64,000 nucleotides of DNA from the NCBI GenBank assembly GCA_029531755.1, contig CM055964.1, positions 36,098,802 through 36,162,801 on the forward strand, read 5' to 3'. Numbering within the stretch: the first letter of the stretch is position 1; every line of letters starts with the position of its first letter. The notes under the pieces were generated by a model. It was not told where the DNA came from. It saw nothing but the letters and a program-made list of their open reading frames with translations, and searched no databases. Both the position numbers and the translations under genes were made by a program. The DNA is from Holothuria leucospilota (Eukaryota). This document shows positions 14,132-24,655 of the stretch, in pieces.

Positions 14132-16239
14132 CTAGAAAAACAATGCCAAGAAATGGTTCAAATTAGGGATATTTCTGAAAATTTGAAAGGAATCAGAACC
14201 ACCACACCAAATGAAAAGTTTCCCTAAAATGAGAAAATTTTGGTGAACAAAATACAGTTGGGACAGAATCAGTGTACATTTAAATATTCTTGTGCATAAA
14301 TGTAATAATTCTCTGAACCTTCAAACTTAAATTTTTCTCCTCCCCTACATCTTTCAAAGAACTGAGGAAGGCTACTACACATGTCTGATGCTTAATTGAT
14401 ATTGCTTCCCCTCTAAAAAATGTAACAGATCATCTTAACTTAATACAATTACTTTAACTTATTGAATGTTGTTTATGAATAGTCTCTGTTGGCTTACTGA
14501 AGTGCAAACACTTATATATGGCACACTACATTCTACGTACGGCTGTGACCATGTAGCAATTAATCGCTAAACAATCGCATGTGGAATAAAGGTTTAGTAC
14601 ATGCTACAATGGGATTAATCGCAAAACATGTTTTCCGTCCATTTTCTATCCATCTGAATACTCTGTAAATGCAGGGTGCATAATATTGGCCCATACATAG
14701 TATGCAGTATGTCATCACGTTGTGATTACTGTTTTAACTACGAAAAAGCCTTTACAGGAATCATGTTTGGGATTTACGGGTATTTCCAATTCATTTTGAA
14801 TAGGCCTATTTATCACATCAATCAACACACAACGAGTCTTTCTGTTGTGATAAGGTAATTGCAATTAATCGCTACACGATTGCAAATTTTTAAGTTTAAT
14901 TAATTGGCGACATGTTCACAGCCCTAATTATACGTAGATGTAGGCCTTGTCAGGGAAGTGTCTTTCGACTCATACCATACCATTATGCTCTTGCAAACGG
15001 ACCTAAAATTGATTGACAGGTACCCTGTGTGATGTCGAGTATGGTACCACCATGCCAGCACAGAATTGAGTAAACCACCATGATACAGACATTCGAAACT
15101 GTTCTCATGGGAAATACTGTAATGGCAAAAGTACTGCTTTCCCTAAAATGTATACGTCCGGAAGGCCAACAAGATTCAGATGACATTCCACCATAGGTCT
15201 TCACCCTTGCCCCTGGACACCTCCTGTTGGACATTCTGCTTTCTACACTAGCCCTGAGCCTATCTTGATACTAAATTAACCGGCACTGATGTTGGCCTAC
15301 TGTAGCTAAAGCTTTGTCAATGACAACACCTCTGAAAGTTAAGTAATACCAATGGGGGCTCTGCCTAGGCCACTGTTCAGGGCTGGCTAATGTACAGTAC
15401 ATGTAGTATCCAAAAGGTGCAAAAAGTGGATTTTCCAACAGCAGTAGACCAGGGACCACAGTGAAGCACAGTTTCCATCAAGGGGGAGAGGAGGGGATTT
15501 GTTCCCCTTTCAAGAAGAAGGGGGGGTAAAATCCATCCTTTTCATTTCCATTAACTAAAAATGTCAATACCTTGGTTTCATACCTAAGAAGAGGAAACTT
15601 GTGCAGCAATGTTTGAAATTACATAGATAAATGGCCTTTAAAACCCTTCAAATTGCACCTTATAGGGGCCTTGAAGCGAGCTTTTGTCCCCCTGAACCCA
15701 CTTGTAATTTTGGCCAAGGACAGCATCAATTTGGAATCAGGGTTTAGTGGTAATAAATCCCCCCATTCCTTTTGAGTTTCTGGTGAAATCCCTGTTAAGG
15801 CTTTCACCATGATTTCTTCTGAACCTCATACTGTACAGTATGCCTTCTGGCTCTTTGGGGGAAAGCCATACTTTTATCATTATTTCCCCTCACACCTGTA
15901 TGTAAATTTTGCATGTCCTGTACAGGGTATTTATTAAATTATGTGCGGTCAGAAAACTACAAATTCACACCAAGCACCAGTCTGACAGTCTGGCTATGGG
16001 AGTTTTAGCTCCTCCCAACTGAGGCTAACTAGCATGGCTAGAACCCTGCTACGGTCATACTGTAAAGGTCGTAGACAAGTGCCTCCAGAGCAGACTTTGA
16101 TGGGTTACTTGAATCTAGCTTCCATATTAAAACTACTCACCAGGAGTCAAACAGAGACATTTTCCTTATAGCCACGAGTTGGCACCTTCTGGAAAATGTT
16201 CAGAATTGTCAAACAAATGCCCCAACATCACACTTCAAG

Positions 16240-16368
16240 TTTTTTTTTTTTTTGTGTGTGTGTGTGTGTTATGTCGCAAGCTTCAATGAAGTAACTGTAT
16301 TGACTGACTGACTGACTGACTGACTGACTAACTGACTGACTGACTGATTGACTGACTGATTGATTGAT
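16240..16368. repeat. Compound microsatellite: T14, (TG)8, then (TGAC)n of about 17 units
   Basis: Direct reading of 16240-16270 and 16301-16368. Confidence 0.85.
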
Positions 16369-16460
16369 GGAAGTTGCCAAAGATTACTCCATAGGTTAAT
16401 TTGAGAAACTAAAAGGAATACTTCTGTTCAATTGTTGCATCATGCACTAAGCTGAATAAC

Positions 16461-17018
16461 TAAAGTCTAGAATTACAAGAATATATAGTTTAGAGGTTGG
16501 AAAATGAATTTCATTCACCCAACTCCCAGTTTCATAGCTTACTCTGTTGCTGAGATATAAAATGTTGAAAGTTATTCACTTAAGTTGAAATAGTAGACTG
16601 CACAATAGTTTGTGATGTCCTTCTTGTACAACTCACATCATCTACTTTTGTTTCCTTTTGAAATTAAATGTCTTTATGACCTTGTAACATGTACTGTTCC
16701 CTTCCACAGCATGTTGTACAGCCAGGATTTACATATACAGTAGCCAAGACACCCTTTAACAGTAAGACAGTTATCATATTTTGGCATAACGTGCAGCAGC
16801 TAAAAAAAAAAAAAGAAAAACAAACAAAGGCAGTAATTTGAGCGGTACAAGAATGGCATCACAAATGATTGTGCAATCTACCATTTTAAATTGATAGAAT
16901 AAGCTTCAACATTTTATGTGCTCAGGAATGTCCTGTGAAGATGCGAGTTGGACCATTTGGATGCATTTTTCAGGCTTTGCAACATATATTTTTGAATTTT
17001 TTAACACTAGGTACACTC
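16461..17018 (+). mobile_element. Dispersed non-autonomous repeat, copy 1 (paralogue at 62641-63428), with an internal A-rich tract at 16801-16830
   Basis: About 85-90% identical to 62641-63428 over taaagtctagaattacaagaatatata...aggtacact. Copy 2 carries an extra segment of about 200 bp (62750-62940). Confidence 0.6.
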
Positions 17019-18290
17019 TGTTTAGCAACCTTGGAAGTGGTATTTACATACAGTAGAAGCTTTTTATCGATTTGCAGGGCTCAAAATAAACAGATCTATG
17101 CCTAAGATGCCATGGTCTTTGCGTGGGCCCCTTCAATTTGCTTTCATGCCCCTCAAAAACTTCCAACACTAAATGCCATAATGGCCTTGAGGCCCTTCTA
17201 TTTTATTCCTATTTAATGTTGTTTGCTTTCCAAGTTTTGGCCTTTATTCCCCTCTCCTCTGGCCTCCCCAGACTCACTGACATTACATATACAGTATTAC
17301 TGCCACCTGAAAGCCATTTGGCCTTACTTTTATAGTTCTTTTTTAGATTCTTGCTTTCCTAATGCAACTTTTACAGTATACAGTCAAATCTCACTGCTAC
17401 TGTACTAGCATTGGCATATACTAAAGCAATGAACATGTAATTCAGAGGCACTGTACTGAGGGGACTTTCAGTTCTGGCCAGATCAGGTAACAGATTTTTT
17501 CATCCAAGAGCAATGTACTGTTTTCCCATCTTAACAAGCCTTCTGGACAGTTTCCAAACTTGAGATAAAACTTTTGACAGTTGGAAGGATAAACTCAATG
17601 CACAGTAAAAGTATACAGTATTAACTCAAACCACTAAAGCTCTAACGGATTCCTCCCACATTCTTAGTTTTTTACTGTTGTATAATAAGTGCCCTAGGGG
17701 TATGATTATCACAAATAAATTCCATTTTTGGAAACAAAATGGGACGGTGGAAACTATAAAGGATGTTATCGTGCCCTAATTCATGCTTACGTATACGTAA
17801 GTCACCACTGAAGAAGGATGCTTATTCATATCACAATTTTGTATTCAAGAATCTCAACCAGCTTTAAGTATCTTCTTTAACCACCCTTAATTTTACAGTT
17901 GAATTCAATCACAATGCCTGACCTGAGTAACTGAAGTATCCAAAAACTTTTTACACCAGTTGGATGAAAACAAGAGTGAACCTGGAACTTGACATTAAAT
18001 TGTCAAACTAATCATCTCAATGTCCCTTCTTCTGAAGGGTTATTCTTCCCCCCCCCCAAAAAAAAATTGTCTTGGATAAAAAACAGCATTGCCACTGACC
18101 CTGCAAAAAGTGAAAACCCAACTTGTTCATACAGCACACAGAATTTTGCAACGTTCACAAGATGTATGGAAACTGACCTCTGACCATACTGGTGGCACCA
18201 GTAAAGAAAACAACATGATTTCAATGACGCATGACTCATCACTTTGTACCTTGCATGTTTCCACACAGGTGCAAGTGAGGTACCACAAAC

Positions 18291-20451
18291 CATGGGCCGC
18301 TCTAAGAAATTTTGTTTGGGGGGGCAAACTCGAGTCCGTATTCAGGGAGGTTCGGAAGACCCCCCCAGCAATATTAATGGTCAGCTCCAGATAGTAATAT
18401 AGCCTCAACAGGAGCATGCATAGGCGTAGGGGCCCAAGTTGATTAGGGGGGAGGGCTGTAACGATCCGCCCGAAAAATAGAAACAAAAATTTCTGCGCGC
18501 TCTGCGCGCGTCCAAAATGTTAATGTACATATCATATAGGCATGCATCCGTTATCACACCACATGTCAATTACATACAATAATTTGCCATGTTACTAGCT
18601 ATTCCATATTGGTTATAATTCTGGGGGAAGTCGTTACCAAAATGCTGCTAATAATCAGTGGCTTAGCCAAGATTTCTCTCATGGGGTGGACAGGCACTAT
18701 GTTGTGTGATCGCTGGCCTGGGGGAGGGGTGTAAGGGGAGGGGGTGTCCCCCTCCCCTTTGAAAATTTTTTGAAAAATTAGGTGTCCATACATGCTATCT
18801 GGTGCCACATATGCTACCTTTGAAGTAAAATTTTGTGTTTTAGTTTAGGTACAAAAAAAAAAAAAAAATCGGCGTCAGTGACGGAGGCATGGCCTAATGG
18901 CTCCTCAAATACACCACTGATAATCATAATATATAAGTTGAACCATTAAAAACACACTGGTGAATTAATACCGTATATATAGGTACTGGTGCAATTCAAA
19001 TCAGAACTATGTTTTAATTACCAAGGAAGTTTTTTTAAAGTATCGACTTCCATTAAGGTACATATTGCATTATTTTTCTTTCAGTAGGTGCCCGAAAAAT
19101 TCTCAGAATATTGCCCGAATTTTCACAAAAATATTTTGTTGGGGGAGCTGCAGCCCCCAGCCCCCTGCCTCCTACGCCTATGGGAGTATGGTTATTATTA
19201 CGTATTACAGCGATGCCCCATGTAGTTTTCAAAAGCTCTTCACACACCATTTCGGGCAGTTAGTCATGAGAAGACTACTTTAAAAATAAATACAACCATA
19301 TCAACCGATCGCTACCGTACTACCATAGGGGTGGAGTAAGAGCCAAGTGAAATGGGCAAAGCGGCTTGATCCATTTGTATAAAATGAGCCCCACCTTTAA
19401 ATATTTTATTGTTTCTTTCATTGTGCCACAATATGTTTCAGCTTTGCCAAGAAGCCATAAAATGTTGGTTTTCTGGATTGTTTTCATAAACTAACGAAAA
19501 TTTCGAGCATGAAGACACTTGAAAATGATGAAATGATAGCACTAGTATTTTGGATCTCAGTACCGTTCCGAAACGAATTTTTTTACAGGGGGAGGGGAAT
19601 TCCCCTAACTCAGAACGACTTCTCATCCTATATACAAATAGCTAGGCCACTAGTCAAAATCTCATCACACTGAGCTTTGATTGACTGTTTGGTGTGTTTA
19701 TTTTAAACCAATTGAAACGGTATATACTTTAGCACAGCTGTGGAGAACCTTTTGCTTATAACAGGCCATTTGACAGTCATAAGACCGCTCGTGGGCCAAC
19801 GGCACTGTCAATTTGGACAAGGGAAGGGAAACCTCTCCTTCTATGGGAAACACAATACTTTTAGACTTCATGCCCGTTACAACTTTTTGTAGACAGATAC
19901 CTATGCTCATCTGGCCAGGTGACACCCTGGCAAAACTGCTTTTAGTCGTGGATGATAATCAACACGGCTAATGGGTTGTGTATCTAATGACCCCGAAAGC
20001 TCTGAAGTGTCTGCAAAACTGTAGGCATTTAACTCCAGCATTACTGTTACACTCTGTAAATGACATTATGATGCCTAAGCTAATCAGATTACAAATATCA
20101 CAACGTGATCATTTGTTTTGATTACCTTAGCTCGCACTAACGGCAGGTCCATTTGTGATGTCTGAAGTATATATACGGTAGTAGCAAACATGCAACTGTG
20201 AAAACGCGCGCGAAGCGCGCTGAAAAAATGGCGTTTTGAAAGCACTTTATTAATGTTTAACCTTCACATTGCATTGAGCGGTTATTCACTCCTTTAATTT
20301 TAAGCCCACTCAAGGAAAAGGGAGGGCCTAACCCATCTCGAATTACATGTTTTTTTATTTATTATTTTTATTTTTGAAAATTGAAGACCATGCTTTGCAC
20401 ACTTTTGGGGGGGCAAGTGCCCCCCCGTGCCCCTATGGCGAGCCGCTAATG
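18291..20451 (+). mobile_element. 2.16-kb non-autonomous DNA transposon, copy 1, hAT- or P-like, with imperfect 12-bp TIR (CATGGGCCGCTC ... GAGCCGCTAATG) and an 8-bp TSD
   Basis: Collinear at about 90% identity with 47287-49455. The flanking 8-mers are CCACAAAC (18283-18290) and CTACAAAC (20452-20459), a 7/8 match. A subterminal inverted GCGCGC-N3-GCGCGC motif lies at 18495-18510 and 20205-20220. Confidence 0.7.
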
Positions 20452-20634
20452 CTACAAACCACCTAGAGGTGGGTACAAAGAACCTCATCTGGCTGATAAT
20501 CTCATTCCAAATAATCTGAAAGTGTTTCCACAAGGTTGTTTAACCAAATCAGCCATATTTGACACAGAATGACTCAGAAGCCAGATTTTGTGCAAACACA
20601 CCCAATGACTGGTCAAAATGGAAGACACGAATAT

Positions 20635-21720
20635 TTATAAATTCAGCATTATCCCATTCAAACCTGGTTTATTCTTCTTTTTCTTTTTCCTCTTCTTCTT
20701 TCGCACCGCCTCTCTGTTCACTGCATTTGAGTCCTCAATCTTAGTGTCGTCTGTCTTGCTCATACTTTCATCCCCAGGCAAGTGCGAAGCTTTCATTGTC
20801 CCGTAGTTGCTATATAAACAGAAGTTAGGAGGCACTGTGGGGGACAACACTGGGTTGTCATCTGGGTACACATCCTCCACCTCTCTCTCCCTCTGCTGTT
20901 CCCCCTGTCTCTTCTGGGGTATCTTGGCTGATCTCTCTAATTTGGAATGTCCCAGAATGGGAGTGGACTCTGTTACAAGAACATCTGCTCTATGATTCTG
21001 ATAAATCGGTTCAGGGTCAGGACAATTCTTTAAATCAGCTTCAGACGGTTTACCAATTAGATTAACAGCATTCCCAAGTAACTTGTGTGGAGAGTGAGGG
21101 CCCACAGTGTTGACACCATCAGTATGGTCAGTAGCTTTTACATTTTTTTTGGTAGGCAGAATATCTCTTTTAAGCTTGACAGGACTTACAGAATTTTCCT
21201 TGGCCGTATGTAACTTTGGACCAAAGTGAATTTTATCGTCCACTTGTTCTGGTTTCTGTTTATGTTTTTCCTCACTAGTACTTCTAACTGACATCACTTC
21301 TAACTGTATATCATTGTCTCTCATATGAGAGTTACTACTGAAAGTACCATGCTTCTTCAGTGACAGGGCTTTGCCTCTATCTGATGTAACAGATACATTG
21401 TCTGTCCTTGCACCTACAGGGCAAGTACCCTTTTCATTCAAAGAAACATTTTTGTTGGACACTAGTTCCTCCCTCCCCTCCATTGAAACTGAGCCAGAAA
21501 CGGAACAAAAATTGTGGTTCACATCTGATGGACTGTAACAAGCTAAGTCTTCAGACTTCAATCCATTCAAAGAATTCGACAAGGATCCAAAATCATTTCC
21601 AAGGAATGTTTGAGAAAGTTTTGACATAAGGTCATCTGCAGCTTGAAAATCAGCCTTCAAGGTTTCAAGTTCTTCGGGATGTTCTAGAAGTTCACGTACC
21701 CTCTCTTTAATACTTTCCAC
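20635..21720 (-). CDS. 3'-terminal coding exon of an unidentified protein (coiled-coil-like N-terminal part, Ser-rich middle, polybasic KKKRKKKKKNK tail)
   Basis: On the minus strand the acceptor is ttctccattctttcag|GTGGAAAGT at plus 21720 in phase 0. The ORF then runs VESIKERVRELLEHPEELETLK... to a TAA ending at 20635. The first 66 residues of the track ORF (21721-21918) lie upstream of this acceptor and are presumably intronic. Confidence 0.45.
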   Translation of the reverse strand: MESIKERVRELLEHPEELETLKADFQAADDLMSKLSQTFLGNDFGSLSNSLNGLKSEDLACYSPSDVNHNFCSVSGSVSMEGREELVSNKNVSLNEKGTCPVGARTDNVSVTSDRGKALSLKKHGTFSSNSHMRDNDIQLEVMSVRSTSEEKHKQKPEQVDDKIHFGPKLHTAKENSVSPVKLKRDILPTKKNVKATDHTDGVNTVGPHSPHKLLGNAVNLIGKPSEADLKNCPDPEPIYQNHRADVLVTESTPILGHSKLERSAKIPQKRQGEQQREREVEDVYPDDNPVLSPTVPPNFCLYSNYGTMKASHLPGDESMSKTDDTKIEDSNAVNREAVRKKKRKKKKKNKPGLNGIMLNL

Positions 21721-22787
21721 CTGAAAGAATGGAGAAATATAAGAGTTAAAAATATTAAACATACTCAAAATATTCACAATTGTGACCTGACAACTCACAG
21801 CCCACCTCCTCAGCCCCCACATAATATGACCATCGGGATATTTCCCTCTGGTTAACTCCTGGGACAATCTCCACCCCAAACAACTTACCCCTGGACAACT
21901 CCCACCCATGACAATCACAGTTCAGACCACTTACACACCATAACATTTAGAGATGTCCTGGGTGGGACTTGTCCGGGTGGGAATTGTCAAGGAGGGATTG
22001 TCCAAGAACCATTCCAAATAATAAGCCAAAATGCCAAGACCTAAGAATATTCAAGTCTTTTGAGCAGGGCTTGACAAATCCCCTGCCCGACAGTCTGAGG
22101 CAAGAAAAAAAATCACTTGGGCAAGTGCACTATTCAATATCGTAGTCCGTCGGGCAATCACCTCTGCAGAGTCTTCTCCTCATAAGCAATTGGGCAAATT
22201 CAAACTGGACAAGTAAATAATCAAGTGGGCAAATGGGCTTGTCTACAGTAAAGGAAAATATTCAGTGTGTGTTTTTTGCTTTGATGATATTTTGAAAGAT
22301 GTCACAATAGTTTGGTGATTTTACAGTTCACCATACTTGGAGGACTATAGAGAGATAATAAAGACAATTTTATCAATGTCCAACTTATATAAAGGATGTT
22401 TTGGGCAGAATTTGGGGCTATTTTGGCCTTTTTTACCACCTATAAGTGTTACATAGGATGTGGAATAAAGTTATGATGTGAGTGGGACCTTTGCAGATGT
22501 GACTGATGCAGGTTCTTTGTCTTCATTCATAAATGTAATGTAATAAATGGTAAATGATAAATGAATATTTTTAGGTGCACAAACACTGCAAAATTTTATC
22601 AGCAATTTGGAGTAAAATTTTGAGATTTGTCTGTTCATCTGGATATTAAATCTTAATAGTTGATATTTTAACTGAAAGAAAAGATTTCCAGAGCTAAGGT
22701 TATGATGTAACACTTAACCTTGATCATGTGCAGTACCACAAATAAAATAATCCAGCAGTAAATGCATCATAGTCAATTGCGGAGCAC

Positions 22788-23400
22788 ATGATGGTTACGT
22801 TGGTAACATGTCTGTCCCCTAATGGTTACGTTGGTAACTATCATATTAACAGGCCTGTAGGACACAAATTACCAGAGAATTTGATAAAACTGCATCTGTT
22901 TGCAGATGGCCATATTTGTCACTGGTTTGTGTGCTTTCCTCCATCTTTTTGCTTACAACAAGGGTATGAGAGCCTTCAAGGCGATGTCTGTCCAGATGTT
23001 ACCAACGTAACCATGTCCTTGTCGGTAGTATAACGTAGGCACATTGGGACATTGGTTTTTGATGAATGTTTCACATGTCATCAGTTTACACTTCAGGAAA
23101 GAGCAAAACTTGTGTCACAATGCATTCAAGTGTTTAAAGTGCTTAATTTTCTCGAACATAGTTTGGTTACGTTGGTAACAAGGACGGACATGTCTGTCCT
23201 CGTTACCAACGTAACCATTGATCTCCACACTAGTCCATGTTTAACTAATGGTAATGCAATTTCAGTGAAAAAGTGTTTGTTCTTTATCATTCTATTAAAT
23301 ACAGGGTTTATTTATACATATTGTCCTCCTTAAAGATTTCTGGAGCAAAGAGTTTCCATGTCTGTCCCTGTTACATACGTAACCAGTAACACTTACCACT
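22788..23400. repeat. Cluster of short palindromic repeats built from GGTTACGTTGGTAAC next to ATGTCTGTCC, including a 56-bp near-perfect palindrome at 23163-23218
   Basis: The motif, or its reverse complement GTTACCAACGTAACC, occurs at 22793, 22828, 23003, 23163, 23200 and partially at 23358. Confidence 0.5.
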
Positions 23401-24289
23401 TAAAAAGTGGTGATAGCCTTAGGTGAAAAGAACTATCTTCCTGCTCTCAGGAAAAATTGAGACTACCAATCAAACAAAATAACACAACAAAAATTTATTC
23501 TTAGAGGACTTCAAGTTTCACCACCTTTATAACACTTTTATACACCTTTATTGTAGACAAGCCCAAATAGATGATTTAGTAAACAGTTAGCCTGAAGGAT
23601 AAGTAATGAAAAAAGGATTTGTCAAAGCCTGCTTTCAAGTTCCATTTTAAACATTTTGGTAGTTAGGTAGCCAACCTGGCCCTGACCTTGTAAGGTATAG
23701 GCCTCCAGGGGCCAAACAAGAAAACTATGGGCCTAAGTTATAAAATAAAAAGCAATAGAGGCAATAAATTCATTTTCCTTAATCTTATACCTAAGCTGCT
23801 GAATACAAAGTAATGTCCACCAGGGTGCCTGCTAAAAACTTGACAAAGGTTATGGGACAGGAGGGAGGGAGGTAGTGAATTATACAATTTCCAATTCATG
23901 ATTTTACCTTACCTTACATTAGACTAGCAGGTCAAAGATGCAGCTGTTATCAATCTAATGCAGGGGTTCTAAATGTTTTGGCCACAAGTCACATTCCTTG
24001 AGTTTCTGCCTTATTGTATCACCATTGTAAAAGCCACCAGGGTCAAATCTAGGCTTTGGAGGAAGTATCCAGGCTTGGAAGAAGTAGCTCATTCTTGAGG
24101 GCAAAGCCCACAAATAATAGTGCCAAAAATGCCTGCAGAGAAGGCAGTGATAATTTCTAGGGATTCTTAATTTGGGTGGTAGTTTCTCCCCCTGATGAGG
24201 TCAATATAGGTAGATCAAAATGGACCTCAGCCCCACACCAAGGTAGGGGCTGAGATGAGAAACTTTAAAAATTTAAACTTGCTAGACAG

Positions 24290-24655
24290 CAGGAAAATGC
24301 ACTGTCCAACACAAATATGTGTATATGCCATCGTGGCCTCTCATCTCCCAGGCTTGTACAGTATTGCCAGTATGAGGAGAAAATCTGGCATCCCAAAAGC
24401 CCTAGACTGTAGGAAATTGCACCCTTAAAACACAAGTTTGTGATGAGAACTCAACATTTACAATGTGTGTATGCCCCATGGGTCACCATTACAGGAGAAC
24501 ATGTGGCATCCCAAATGCTCTAGATCAGTTGAAATCCCATTTAAAGCATTAACTTGAAACTGGACTTTTGCTTCCACTATGTATGAATTGCCAGTTGGCC
24601 AGTATGGGAGCAAATGTGGCATCCAAATGCTCTAGATCGTACTTAAAAAAACGTC
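24290..24655. repeat. Tandem repeat of about 125 bp, three copies
   Basis: The string tgtggcatcccaaa(t/a)gc(t/c)ctaga...gtaggaaattgcac recurs at about 24385, 24500 and 24610. Confidence 0.6.

Noticed and set aside
12440-14166. Multiple overlapping ORFs on both strands inside 12078-14166 (for example 12748..13092 +, 13304..13642 -, 13582..13962 +)
   Set aside because: They are alternative frames of the single 671-aa minus-strand exon. The low-complexity composition keeps other frames open
21721-21918. N-terminal 66 residues of the 427-aa minus-strand ORF (MIVMGGSCPGVSCLGWRL...)
   Set aside because: A strong acceptor (ttctccattctttcag|GTGGAAAGT) lies at 21720, and the upstream part has no coding character. 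It is treated as intronic read-through
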